Source: Anolis carolinensis
Lineage: Eukaryota
Length of the DNA stretch: 64,000 nt
Reading direction: 5' to 3'
NCBI RefSeq assembly: GCF_035594765.1
Contig: NC_085845.1
Span: forward strand, 173,616,897 to 173,680,896
Shown: positions 48,539 to 61,052 of the stretch, piece after piece
How the letters are laid out: the number at the start of each line of letters is the position of its first letter
Position numbering within the stretch: position 1 is the stretch's first letter
Position numbers and translations under genes: made by a program
The notes under the pieces: model-generated
The model's database searches: none
The model's input: the letters and a program-made list of their open reading frames with translations, nothing else
What the model was told of the DNA's origin: nothing

Positions 48539-48629
48539 ATGGCTGGGAACATGGACAGGAATGCAAAAGCCCTCCAGGAAGCCTGGAGGAGAGAAGAAAA
48601 CACCTTGTGCGCTGACTGCAAAAAACCCG
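48539..48629 (+). CDS. ADAP-like exon 1
   Basis: Kozak gcaATGg; [30 protein letters not shown]; donor G|gtaaat. Confidence 0.88.
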
Positions 48630-51600
48630 GTAAATGACAGCTCTATCAGGGATGGGAGGAAAGGATGCAGCAGCTAGTCAGGGGGATACTTACAGAAGAG
48701 ACAGGAATACTTAGAAAGGAAGGAGGCTGGAAATTGACAGTGGCTATTGCCACAAAAAAGGCCAAAGTATGTGTATCTGTTCTCCCCTTATTGGGATCTG
48801 TTTTGGTTCTGTGTATTAGGGAAGGCTATGCATCTAAACCAGCTGGTAGGCTGTTAAGAATTGTGGGAGTTGAAGTCCAAAACACCTGGAGGGCCGAAGT
48901 TTGCCCATGCCTGATTTAAACTTTCCCACTAAGGTTATATAGAATTGATGCCATTAATCTGCCATGGCTCACTGCTAGGGAATTCTTGGAGATGCAGTTT
49001 TGTAAGCTGTCTCTGCTAAGGGGTGCTGGTTCCTCACCAAACTACAACTCCCAGGATTCCATAGCATTAAGCCACAGTAGTAAAAGGGATGTCAAGCTGA
49101 AATTATTCCTAAATGTATGCATCCTAAATGTTGGGAACAGGTCTGTAATCTTCTATACCAGCTGTATGAAATGTTTTTATTTACAAAGCTTAACTGTCAT
49201 GTGTAAGATCCGAATGCTAAGCATGGCACTGAACCACTCAGGGGGAAAAAATCTTCATCTCTATCCCTTCTCAAACATCTACATGTCACTTTGGTAGCCC
49301 CAAATCCCCTTTATTTTCTAAGACCTATTTCAGGAAGTTGCTCTCAACTCAATTCCATCCCCATTCCCTGTGCTTATTCCATTTGAAACCAGTACAGATC
49401 CAAAGAGACTCTTGTGGTTCAGATACAAACCCACTTGCTCCAGAATGTAATAAAATAACTTTTGGATTGAAAATAATAGTCTGTCATAATGTCTAAATAT
49501 GCTCGGAATAGCACAAAACAGAATTCACTTTAATGGTCAGATTTTATTACGATGTAAATGAGTTTGACGAGATTTTATTACGCTTTCAAATTAATTATTG
49601 GGTTTTAATTTACTTGCTTTTGGTTAGTTATTATAAGTTTATATTGATGTTGTTTCATTCATTTGTTTGATTTGGTTTTTGATTTCATTATGGCATTGAA
49701 TATTTGCCACTTATTGTTTGGAAACCGCCCTGTGTCCCTTCGGGGAGATAGGGTGGGTTATAAATAAAGTTTTATTATTGTTTATTAGTTTTTTAATTAT
49801 TGTTAGCTGCTCTAATTGGACTGTTGTCCAATTTTAATCAAGAAATCAAAGTATTAATGTAATATCAGTAATAAGCAGAGATTTGGAAAGTTACTTTTTT
49901 AAAGGACAGATTGGGGATTATTCGTGAAAAAAGTGACTTTTGAAACATCTGTACTTATGCAATAATAATTTGTACTAAAGACACCCTCTCCCCCCAGTCT
50001 TTGGGTGCACTGTTACCAATCCTTTTGTCAAGAACCAGTCTCCAAACATGGATATAATGCTTTTATTCTATTCAGATCCTGACTGGGCCTCCTATACTCT
50101 CGGCGTCTTTCTCTGCTTCGACTGTGCAGGGATTCATCGCAACCTCTCTGGCATCAGCAAAGTGAAGTCAATAAGGATGGACTGCTGGGAGGAAGGCCAG
50201 ATAGAGGTGAGTCTTGCTCTGAGGTTTATGCAGGAGATGCAGGACCAGCCCTTCCTTCTATTAGGCACAGTGACAGATCTTGCAAGGTCTTGTAGGAGAT
50301 ATTATAATAGACAGCCTGCTTTGCATCTTACTCATTAAACTTGCTTTGTGGGATGATGAAGGCTACTGCCTCATTGCCAGTGTCAAGGAAAGTTCAATTG
50401 CGAAGGCACAAACAATAAAATGTCTTGAAGCAACTTTGTGGCTATCCTTGCATCTCACTTTCTTCTTTCCCCATGGACACTAGGAGTGCATACCGGTAGG
50501 ATGACAGAAGATATAGCATTAAAGACTTCATCTCACAAGGGAGGTGGGGGGAAGCAGGTATGATTGTCTTATTTGCATGGCATTTACTGGGGTTCCATCC
50601 TTAAAGAAGATGGAAAATTTACTCACCCCATTCACACAGGATCACCTCCTCCCCTTTCTAGCTCAACCATTGCAAGGATAACCAGCACACTTTTTTAAGC
50701 AGGCATCTTTTTTGAGACAAATTTACACTAAAAGAGACAGACTTCTTAAAAACACTTCTTTCAATGGGATCCACACCATTTTTAAACCACTAATGGTAAC
50801 AGAAGGAGCATTAGCAGACCACCCACATGAACGTCACAAAGTAATGTGACAAATACACTACCTTCCATTACAAAGAAAAAAGTATATTTTAAAACTTTTA
50901 TATACCAGAAAAAATAATGTTTGTAAGTTTTGGATAGTCCTAGGCCAGAGAGATCTCCTATATGAAAGGAAATAAAACTTCAGTATCTTCCTACTTTACA
51001 GTTTTTGATGCAGCATGGAAATGCAAAGGCTAAAGCTAAATATGAGGCCCATGTTCCATTTTACTATTACCACCCGGTCCACACCGACTGTCTGTAAGTG
51101 CCATCTGTTCATTTGGTTAAGGAGAAAATGGAGTAGGGTGGGCAATGCTGGGTTCTTTTCATCTGTAATTGTATATCATTTGTTGTGATATCTCACAGAG
51201 TTCTGAGAGAGCAGTGGATACGAGCCAAATATGAACGGAATGAATTCATGAAGCCGGGAAAACAGTCACCATATTCTAATGGTACTAATTCTGCAGTAAA
51301 ATATCTCCCCCCTTTTTTCATTGAAACTATTTTCTAGAATCCCCAAGACACAATCATGATGTGTGTACACCACAACAACTTTAGTACAACTCACATAAGT
51401 TTGCTAGCAGCATCAATGGCTATTAGCTGCAAGACACTCAGACAGAAGTTAAGTAGAAGGGAAAATTTACATCATTGTGGTGTCGAAGGCTTTCATGGCC
51501 AGGATCACAGGGTTGTTGTATGTTTTCCGGGCTGTATGGCCATGTTCCAGAAGTATTCTTTCCTGACGTTTCACCCACATCTGTGGCAGGCATCCTTAGA

Positions 51601-54600
51601 GGAGAGAATACTTCTGGAACATGGCCATACAGCCTGGAAAACATACAACTCCAGTTTACATCATTCTTTGCCTAAGGCAGTTGCCTTACTCTGCCTCAGG
51701 ATTGAACTGGCCATGTGTAGGGATTTTTGGATTGCAACTCCTAGCATTTCTAGCCATTGGCTTGGCTAGCTAGGGCATGTCAAAATTTGTAGACTCACAC
51801 TGTGCCCACTGGGTTACTGCTGATCAGAGAGTTCTTATTGTGGCCACCAAAAAGAGCAAGCATCACTGAGATTACAACTGTACCCTTGGTTTGCTTCTGA
51901 TACAATAAATAAATCACTCAGAGGCTAACTAGGTGAGGCTGGCCAATGGGATGCTGGAATATCAAATAATAGCATTTTAATTGTGTAGTTGTATCATCCA
52001 ATAGACTCCTGTGATTTGTAGTTTTGTCAGGATACTTTGGATTCTTTGAAAGAGAGCTCCGGTGAACTTCAGAGGAGTGGTGAAGAGCAGAGCTTCTCAA
52101 CCATTTGTCCTCCAGTTTTTTCTTTATACTTCAGTCAGCATAGTCAGTAAAGCAATAGTTGATGTCCAAAATATCTTGTGGGACAAAGATTGAGAACCAA
52201 GAAGAGAACTCCAAGTATATCAACAAATGAGAAATGTGCCCTGTGGGAGTTTTATGGAACAGGTACAAGTGGTACTGGATGTCACTTTATTTCTGTCCTC
52301 CAGAGGAAATGCTTTGTCTCTGAGAGACTGCAAAATATGACACTTTTAGCTCAATGGTTGTGGCCCATGTCTGTTGGAAGCTGTGAAGCTGTGCAACAAA
52401 CACAGTGAGACATGGCAGTTTCTGTGGGGAGACATTTTTCCATTGGGTATGGGTAGAGCAAATTTCAGCTCCCATCACTTAGGAAATGCTAACACTGGTT
52501 TGTTGTTGTTGTTGTTGTTGTTGTTTTTTTGGGGGGGGAGGGTGAAGGTCACAAGCTTTCAAAGAGAGGTGGCAAATACATACCTTTCAACATGTCACTG
52601 ATAAAAATTGGCAAAAAAAGGCAACAAGGAGGAACACACTAAATTATTATTTTAAATAGACAAATCCTTAAATGTATGCACTGCGTTTATTTGGAAGGCT
52701 ACATGTTCCCCATCTCTACCATAGACAATCTAGTCTGACCCAGTTTAAGGTAGTTCTCAAAGGTTATCTGATGCCCCTTCTGTGGTGACAAAATATACTA
52801 TCCAACTTGGATTTCTTCTTAGGGTTGAAAGAAGGGATTCTATGGAAACGAGGCCGAGACAATGGACAGTATCTTTTGCGCAGGTTTCTCTTGTCGGAGA
52901 GAGAAGGTTGTCTCAAGTATTTCACCAAGCAGGATGTGAGTAACACTCTCCTTGTGCCACTTTCCAATGAGTTAGTTGTGTTTGCCTGCTATAGTAAAAA
53001 CAAAGAATCATTTAGTACCTAAAAGACCAACACGTCTCTTATAATGGAAGCTTGTGAGTGCATTGCCAACCAGAGTGTGAAACTTTCCTTCAAGTCAGAG
53101 AGATATTTCAGAAAATTGTCTATACTCATAAGATCACCGTTGCTTACACTTGCTTTTAGTGTAGTATATGTTGAACATTTAAATTGTAAGCTCACTGTGA
53201 TCACAGATCACTGTGTGTATATGTGTAGGTATTAAATTACAAAACATTCTGTAGATAACATCTTATTAGGGAGATATAAATGCAGATTTGTGGCTTATAT
53301 GCACATACGTCTTTATGTATTCATGTATAGATATGGATTATGTATGCATGGTATGGGATACAGGGAATTGTTCTCTAGCTTTTTTCCCTCCATCCAAAAC
53401 TTCCCAGTTTTGTCAGCTGTCAATCCACTACTTATTGGTGAAAGAGAAAGAGGGGAGGGAAGGGGAAGGGAAAAGGGGGAAGGAAAGGAGAAGAGGGAAA
53501 GGGAGGCAATTCAGTGAGTGGAGGGGAAACTGCTCTGGGGGGAAAATGGTACAGTTCATGAGCAATCCATTTGCAGTTACCCCCAAATATGTTTTATTTA
53601 TTATATTATTAATGTGATAAATAATAAAAATAAAATGCATTTTCTCTTCAGGCAAAAGAACCCAAAGTAGCTATTAAAATTGACACTATCAATGCCGTGT
53701 TCCAGCCTGAAAAGACAGGGAACCCCAATGGCTTGCAGATCACGTATCTCAAAGACAACAAGACTCGCAACATCTTTGTTTATCATGAGGATGGGCAAGT
53801 ATGTGAACCTAGTCAACCATGTTATAGAGCATTATCAGCCACACCTATCTAATATTATGGGGAAAGCCTTGGTTAACAAAATCATTTCCCTCAATGGTAC
53901 TAGAGATAGAAAGAAATATAAATTCTTAAAAATGAGGAGAATGAACAGTACAGAATCTGCACATTTCTTCAACAAAGCTAATTTCAAGCATTCAGATTTT
54001 GAAAATGCTGTGTGCAGGGTATAACAAAGACAGTTGCTTTTCTGCTTCAGCCTTTTTTGAGGATTAGAGTTTAAGATTGTCCTGATGAAAGGTCCTATTG
54101 TTTTGACACATTTTCGGTCTTGGCACTTCTGAGAATGAGTTCATTTTTTGGCTTCTTATTGGTCTTGATGTCCTTTTGTATTTTTGTATTGCTAATGCAA
54201 GGCCAGCCCTAGGCAAAGTGCAGTGACTGCCTCAGAAGGCAAAATTTGGATCCAGTGAAAGAAACACTGTCATTTTCCCCTTGTTCTTATATACTTACTT
54301 GCAAGTAGGGGAAAAGCATTTGTGGGGAGGGGGAGGTTGCACTTCTGTGACAGAATAGATTGGCTGATTTCAGGTATTTGTGGGCTTTTGGCTGGGAAAG
54401 ACTTCCTGCCTTGTCATGGACAGTAAAATGTTCTGGGATGGCTCTTACTGAAGGGTATCGTTGAAGGCCATTGAGATCCCTTCTGCCCATAATCTAAAAG
54501 TCTCCAGGCAAGCAATAAAGTTTCAAGAATTTGCTTCCTGTAACCATCTTTCCCCGGGATACATGTGTATGCTATGTAAACAATATAGTAGCATTATTAA

Positions 54601-57600
54601 ATATATTAAATAATATAATAGCATTATTATAGTTCAGAGCCATTGCATTGTCTGAAAATATTTTCTGTATTGTCTGTAAATATGTACATGGTGGGATCTA
54701 TAGCAGATAAGGATATTGTTCGGGTTGTTTTGAATTCTGGCTTTGGAAGAGGTTCATAGTGCCAAGCCCAATATAGAAACTTTTTTGGACAACTACTCTA
54801 AGGACCTCATTGCATGGATGTTGCCCCCTGTTTTCTCTCAATTTTTGCATGCTAGTGAAACAGAGTCAAATGGAAGCCATCCCATGATACACAACCACTT
54901 TCAGTGGCTGCCCATGGGACTCCGTCCTGCCAGCATGCTATAAGGGAGAGAAGACTCTGTTGGAGTTGAGTGTTGGGTGGGTGTTAAGGAAAAGCGGGAG
55001 AAGCAAGGGAAAGTGAAAAGAAGAAGGGGAAAGGTTGTGGGATGGCTGGCCATACCCAAAGTAGGACCTCGCTGGGAGAGAATGGGTTAAGATGGTTTCC
55101 CCATTCCACCCAATGCTTTCCCCTGCTTTCCCTCTCTTCTCTCCTTCTCATTTGATGGAGTCCTTATTTTCCAGCCAACACTAGTTAACTTTGAGAACTT
55201 GTAGTCCAAAAAAGGTGATTTTTCACAGCTCTGGGACAAACTGTATGTTATACTTCCTGCATCGCATGTAATTATGTCTGCTATATATCAGAAATTAATT
55301 TGAATTTAAATACAAGAGCATGAATCTCTGTGAGATGTCAGATGGATCAAATGTACACTGCAAGTTTGCCAGCAGATCCTCCAGAGCAGAGTTTCTCAAA
55401 CTGTAGTCTCCCAGGTGCTTTGGACTTCAGCTCCCATAATTCCTAATAGAGGGTAAGCTAGCTGGGATTTCTGAGAGCTGAAGTCCAAAAGACCTGGAGG
55501 AGTACAGTTTGAGAAACACTGCTCCAGAGAATTAAATGATCCTTTATCAAGCTGCCAGTCACTTATTAGCCACTTTATATTCTGTTTGCCTTTTCTAGGA
55601 AATAGTGGACTGGTTCAATGCGATCCGTGCTGCACAGTTCCATTATCTGAAGGTGGCTTTTCCTGTTGCCAGTGACCAAGAGGTAATAGAATTACAAAAC
55701 AGGATAGCACATAAGCAGTGCTACATTATAGAATCATTGATTCCTAATAACATGGCAAATTTCATTGCATCCAGTCTCTTGACCATCTTCATATCAAGAT
55801 ATAATTATGGTGGGCAGGCTCACACAATGTGATAAATTGTGAGTTGTGTGAAGTATGGTTTGCTGTTTAAGTCATTGCAGAGAAGGTGACAAAATGATTA
55901 TGCTTATTGACTTTTTTGTGCTTTGACACTTGCTTTCCTCCCCCCCCCCCCCCCCCGTTAGCCCATGTTTCAGGGTGGAAGCCAGGGACAATCCATGATT
56001 ATGGGATTGAACATCACAGTAAGCCATGGTTATAACAAAGCCAGAGTTCAGAATCTGGCAGCAAATAATGTGTTGGAATCAGGATTTGTGTCTGGCTAGC
56101 AAACGATGGCTTGCCAGCAGAAAGAGGCTCACACATCACAAAAAATGATAATTTTGCAAGTCTTACTGTGATGTGCAAATGTGGATTCTCTCTGTCTATC
56201 TGGACTAGCAATAGGCATGTTGATAACTTGGGTAAAATGGCAATTCCCCTAGATGCTCTAGATTTTTGGTTTCTCAAATGGTTGTGGGTGACTTTCTATT
56301 TTGATGACAAGAAATGGTTGCTTTGTTTCAGCTAAGAAACCGATTGACACGGAATTTCTTGAAAGAAGGCTACATGGAAAAGACCGGGCCAAGGGTAATT
56401 AATTACTCCTTTCATTTACTATGTTATGTTATTGGCTTGATTATTTTGATTTTGATTTGAATGAAGCAAAGGTTTAACTGTAATTCTGGAAGTTGCGATA
56501 GGTAAAGTTAAACTTTACAAGTTCTGCCTGGTAAGTAATGTAAAGGGATGAAGATAATTGAACTCCAACAACTTCCTGCACAGACCTTAGAAAACAATAC
56601 TATAATTCTCCGACTACAATTCAGAGAATTATAGCGTTCTGGGAGATCTGTTTTTTAAAAGAAGCTACATTTCCATGTTAACAACCTGGCTAAGAGCCAC
56701 TGCAAACTCCTTGGAAGCAAGCCCAGTTCTAAATTCTAGAGACAGGGATGTGTTTGTTGCTGCAGAAATAATGAAGAGCCTATTGGCACCCTAATAAATA
56801 AATATGTGAGCCTGTTAATGTAATCTGTACTAATGCATCTGTCTCTGGAACAGATGCACCACAGGATTTCAATGAATGCCGTTCTTATGCCACCTCCCTA
56901 TTTTTGCCAGATGAGGGCACTCCCCTCTTATAAATGTCATTTGTCCTCTTTTGCAACTAGTCCTTGGTTCTCTTTTGCAGCAGAAGGAGGCTTTTAAGAA
57001 ACGGTGGTTCACTCTGGACCACAGGAGACTGATGTACTTCAAAGATCCTTTGGTAAGCTGGCATTTGGGGTGCTTTTTCTCCCTCCCACCATCTCTACAG
57101 GTCACATTTAGTGGAGTGGAGATGCCAAAATTAGGTCTGATAGTCTAGTCCTGCCCATTGCATGCTTCTCAGTAGTCTTGCAGGAAAATAATTTGACAGA
57201 TCCTTGGTGGTGCAGCGGGTTAAACCACTGAGCTGCTGAACTTGCTGGCCGACAGGTCAACGGTTCGAATCTGGGGAGAGGTGTGAGCTGTTAGCCTCAG
57301 CTTCTGCCAAACTAGCAGTTCAAAAATCTGCAAATATGAGTAGATTAATAGGCACCGCTCTGGCGGGAAGGTGACGGCACTCCATGTAATGCTGGCCACA
57401 TGACCTTGGCGGTCCAATGCCAGCTCTTTGGCTTAGAAATGGAAGTGAGCACCAACCCCCAGAGTTGGACACGACTAGACTTAATGTCAGGAGAAAACCT
57501 TTACCTATACCTATCTGTGTCATATTCCAAATTGGTCACTAAGGCATAGTTTCCATTTAATTTTCTTTCAATGCTCAGGATGCTTTTGCTAAAGGTGAAG

Positions 57601-59384
57601 TATTTGTGGGCAGCAGGGAGCAAGGGTACAGCGTCATGGAGGGCCTGCCAGCTGGCACGCAGGGCAGCTTCACTTGGCAGCATGGCATCACCATCATCAC
57701 CCCTGATCGTGAATATCTCTTTACCTGTGAGACAGAGCGGGATCAGCAAGAATGGATGACTGCCTTCTGGCATGTTATAAAACAACCCATGACACCCCAG
57801 GAGTATGCAAGTAAGCCATATAATGTCTTGTGTCCCTGTCCATCTTGTTCTTATAGCCGGCTATTGATATCTATTATTTGCATAGATGTAATGCTTTAGA
57901 GCAGTGGTTCTCAACCTGTGGGTCCCGAGGTGTTTTGGCCTATAACTCCCAGAAATCCCAGCCAGTTTACCAGCTTTTTGGATTTCTGGAAGTTGGAGAC
58001 CAAAACATCTGGGGATCCACAGGTTGAGAACCACTGCTTTAGAGGGTTTTGCTACATAATCCTTGTCATCCACAAAACAACTCTCTATTCCAGGGCTGCA
58101 CAACCTATGGCTCTACAGATGTTTGCGAAACCAATTCCCAGAAGCCTTAGCCAGCTTTCCGAATGATCAGGCATTTTGGTAGCTGAAATACCTGGAGGGC
58201 CACAGGTTGTGCACACCTTGTATATTCCATGTCAATTAAAGTGGTGTCAAACTGCATTCTGTGGTGTAAATGCACCCCAAGATTTTGACATCCACTTATT
58301 TTATTTATTTCGTGTCAAAAGCATTGGTACAGCAAATACATTTCAAATAATGGAAATAAAATAAAAAAGAAAAGAAATCACAAGCAACTAAATAGTTTTG
58401 GACCAAAAGCGGGCAACAGCAACCGCATTGTCTGTAGCTTTAAACAACTCCTCCTCCGTACATGAGGCAGGGCATTGTGGGCAAGCATACATATGCTGAG
58501 TTGTTTGTTCAGCTCCACAGTCACACAAGGTGGAGGATTCCTCCAGGTAGTGCCACCTTGCCAAGTTGTCTTTTGATCTGCCCACTCCACTTCTGAGTCT
58601 GTTCAGGGACTTCCAAGTTGCCCATTCCTGGTTTGCCCCTGGAGGAAGACCCTCTTGGGGGGCCATCCAGTTAGAATTGCCAGGTTTAGCTGCCCAGAGG
58701 GACATCCACTGAATCTTTATGATTTCATCAGGTAGGAGCCCCCAGATGGCGTAGTGGACTAAGTGACTGGAAGGTTGGGTTGCTGACCTGAAAGTTGCCA
58801 GGTTCGAATCCCACCCGGGGAGAGTGCGGATGAGCTCCCTCTATCAGCTCCAGCTCCATGCGGGGACATGAGAGAAGCCTCCCACAAGGATGGTAAAACA
58901 TCAAAACATCAGGGCGTCCCCTGGGCAACGTCCTTGCAGACGGCCAATTCTCTCACTCCAGAAGCAACTTCGGTTGCTCCTGACACGAAAAAAAAAAAAA
59001 ATTCATCAGGTATCTCCTACATCCATTCAAGTGTCTCTGTGAGCCAGAAACTAGATTCTGAAATAAAATTAAAGCTCTGCTTTGATGCCTAATGTTGAAC
59101 ACGGTGAGTGTGGTATAGTGGTTTGGACATCGGATTCTGATTCTGGAGACCAGAGTTCAGTTCCCTGCTCAACCGTGGAAACCCACAGGATGACCTTGGA
59201 TGAGTAACATACTTTCAGCCCAGAAAAGCCTTTCGATAGACAAGTTGGATATGACTCAAAGACCCACAAAAGCAATAATTATTCTTATAAAATTCACTCC
59301 TGCCTATCTGTAGCTGCCTATTTTGTGCTCTAATGGATTCTCTTTTTTTCTGCAGTTGAAGCTTATTTCAAGCTCAGGCCATAA
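48539..59384 (+). CDS. ArfGAP with dual PH domains, ADAP1-like (centaurin-alpha paralogue), 378 aa; join(48539..48629, 50076..50206, 51002..51093, 51199..51281, 52823..52935, 53652..53798, 55599..55682, 56332..56394, 56981..57052, 57579..57810, 59356..59384)
   Basis: Eleven GT-AG exons total 1137 nt with no stop or frameshift. ArfGAP zinc finger CADC-x16-CFDC plus the IHR arginine finger; PH1 [20 protein letters not shown]; PH2 [21 protein letters not shown]; C-terminus [13 protein letters not shown] resembles ADAP1 QEYAVEAHFKHKP. Symbol withheld because the neighbouring genes are not those of ADAP1 or ADAP2. Confidence 0.95.
50076..50206 (+). CDS. ADAP-like exon 2
   Basis: attcag|AT ... GAG|gtgagt; [24 protein letters not shown]. 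Confidence 0.95.
51002..51093 (+). CDS. ADAP-like exon 3
   Basis: tttacag|TTT ... CT|gtaagt; [25 protein letters not shown]. Confidence 0.93.
51199..51281 (+). CDS. ADAP-like exon 4
   Basis: ctcacag|A ... ATG|gtacta; [16 protein letters not shown]. Confidence 0.93.
51475..51654. mobile_element. Short Penelope insertion with inverted arms
   Basis: TSD tttacatcatt. Confidence 0.85.
52823..52935 (+). CDS. ADAP-like exon 5
   Basis: cttcttag|GG ... GAT|gtgagt; [33 protein letters not shown]. Confidence 0.95.
53652..53798 (+). CDS. ADAP-like exon 6
   Basis: ctcttcag|GCA ... CAA|gtatgt; [49 protein letters not shown]. Confidence 0.95.
55387..55521. mobile_element. hAT MITE
   Basis: TIR cagagtttctcaaact / agtttgagaaacactg; perfect TSD ctccagag. 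Confidence 0.88.
55599..55682 (+). CDS. ADAP-like exon 7
   Basis: ttttctag|GAA ... GAG|gtaata; [22 protein letters not shown]. Confidence 0.95.
56332..56394 (+). CDS. ADAP-like exon 8
   Basis: tgtttcag|CTA ... AGG|gtaatt; [21 protein letters not shown]. Confidence 0.94.
56981..57052 (+). CDS. ADAP-like exon 9
   Basis: ttttgcag|CAG ... TTG|gtaagc; [24 protein letters not shown]. Confidence 0.95.
57199..57513 (+). mobile_element. Sauria SINE, near full length
   Basis: tRNA-like head (ggtggtgcagcgggttaaa...ggttcgaatc) and BovB-type tail acctttacct. Confidence 0.9.
57579..57810 (+). CDS. ADAP-like exon 10
   Basis: atgctcag|GAT ... GCAA|gtaagc; [17 protein letters not shown]...[25 protein letters not shown]. 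Confidence 0.95.
57902..58036. mobile_element. hAT MITE
   Basis: TIR cagtggttctcaacctgtgg / ccacaggttgagaaccactg; perfect TSD ctttagag. Confidence 0.9.
58297..58700 (-). mobile_element. Second Vingi/Ingi-type LINE family, 3' end
   Basis: [24 protein letters not shown]...[15 protein letters not shown]; tail ttttgacacgaaataaa; TSD gacatccact. Confidence 0.85.
58735..59000 (+). mobile_element. tRNA-derived SINE (SINE2-type), young
   Basis: Full head, polyA tail, TSD ttcatcaggta. Confidence 0.9.
59105..59260 (+). mobile_element. Old MIR/CORE-like tRNA SINE fragment
   Basis: gtggtatagtggtttg...ggagaccagagttcag...gatgaccttgg; similar degraded copies near 3.3, 4.7, 10.5, 16.9, 18.5 and 30.5 kb. 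Confidence 0.6.
59356..59384 (+). CDS. ADAP-like exon 11 (coding part, ends TAA)
   Basis: ttttttctgcag|TT; (I)EAYFKLRP*. Confidence 0.88.
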
Positions 59385-60796
59385 CATTCCTGAAGGAACA
59401 AGAACCTGTTGCTATCCCACCTGGCATTTCCTTTTTGAGGAGCACAAGGAAGGCAAAGAAGACATTCTCTACCAAATGAGTTGCAGCACTATATTCCATG
59501 TTTCCTCAAGGTTGGAAACATGCTTTCTTAAATCTTTGAACCACAATCCTTCAAAATCTCCTGTGAACCATTTCAGACAATCTTCTTTGCTGGGTGAATG
59601 TGTTTAAAAATGAATTTTATCCAGTCTGCTCTTTGCAATTGTTAAAGAGCTGCTTGTTGCCTATGAACATCAGCACATTCTGTTATTTGGACTGCCAAAG
59701 AATGCAAAGATGAATGCTCATGAACCTTTCTGCCATTTTGGGTCAGTGTACTGCCCTATTGAAGGACTGACATGTTTGTTTCCTGTTGGCAAAAGTGTCC
59801 TGGTGGCTTTCTCCACTGATCATTACTGCTTGAGGCTGATCGCTTGCTGACTATTAAAGGCTTCACAGCCAGATACAATAATCTATTCAGTGTGGTGACT
59901 GTGTGTGATGCCTAAGAGACGCATAATACTGAATTAACCCCTTGCCTTTTATTCAGTGATCATTCTGATCCCATTGCCACAAGCATTTCCCAGGAGGCCC
60001 TGCTGTATCTATTGAGGTTTGGCTAAACTTGAAATTGGAGGCAACGTTCAAAATGTTGTCTCCAACAGATACATTGGAAGTAGCATGGATATTAGGGCTG
60101 TGCAAAACTTCATTTGTAATTCGTTTGTCATATCTATTTTGTAAGAATTTAACATACAAAGTGATATTAAGAAACACAGGGGTCGCCCACACAAAAAACT
60201 TAAAATTCAAAGCACTGACCTGTGACTTTTGGATGAATTATGTAAGTCTTGTAAATGGCTCCAGGTCTCCATCACACAATTCCTCCTCCAAAAGGGCTGT
60301 GTTTGGGTCCTCCAAATGGTCCCAGGGAGGATGGTGAGGCCTGAAGTCCAGGGAGAAGCCCCTCTGTTTCCCCAAATGGGGTGGCAAAAGGGAGGGAGGG
60401 ATACCTGGCTGGATGACGGCAAGGAAGAAGCCCCTCTGGCACATGGCTGGCCCAGAGAGAGATGGGCAGAGACCACACACACATTGAGGTTTTAACATGG
60501 CCAGCCCCAGTATTCTGAAGCAAGCAGAATTCTGGGAAATGCAGTTTAGGGTGGGACCTGTCCAAATCTTTCTGAACTTGGGGAGACTCTACCAGTAAAG
60601 GCATTGAATGTTTGCCTATGTCTGCTGTAAAAGTTGTAATCCGCTCCGAGCCCCTTAGGGGAGAAGGGCGGAATACAAGGTGTATTCTTATTATTCTTAT
60701 TCTTATTCTTATTATCCCCAAAGCAATATATTCCACTGTTGGGCAGCTCTTACCATCAGGAAGTTTTTCAAATGTTTAGGAAGAATCTCTTTTCCT

Positions 60797-61052
60797 AGTG
60801 GCTTAGGGGATAAAAGCCTTGTGACTTGAAGGTTAGGTTGCTGACCTGAAGGCTGCCAGGTTCAAATCCTACCCGGGAAGAGTGCGGATGAGCTTCCTCT
60901 ATCAGCTCCAGCTCCATGTGGAGACATGAGAGAAGCCTCCCACAAGGATGGTAAAACATCAAAACATCCGGGCGTTCCCTGGGCAACGTCCTTGCAGACA
61001 GCCAATTCTCTCACTCCAGAAGCAACTCTGGTTACTCCTGACATGAAAAAAA
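60797..61052 (+). mobile_element. tRNA-derived SINE (SINE2-type) inside a CR1 remnant
   Basis: Family match; flanking duplication ctcttttcct. Confidence 0.85.

Noticed and set aside
57199-57275. tRNA gene (A/B boxes, ggttcgaatc)
   Set aside because: It is the tRNA-derived head of a Sauria SINE, and the same applies to the other SINE heads; no complete cloverleaf
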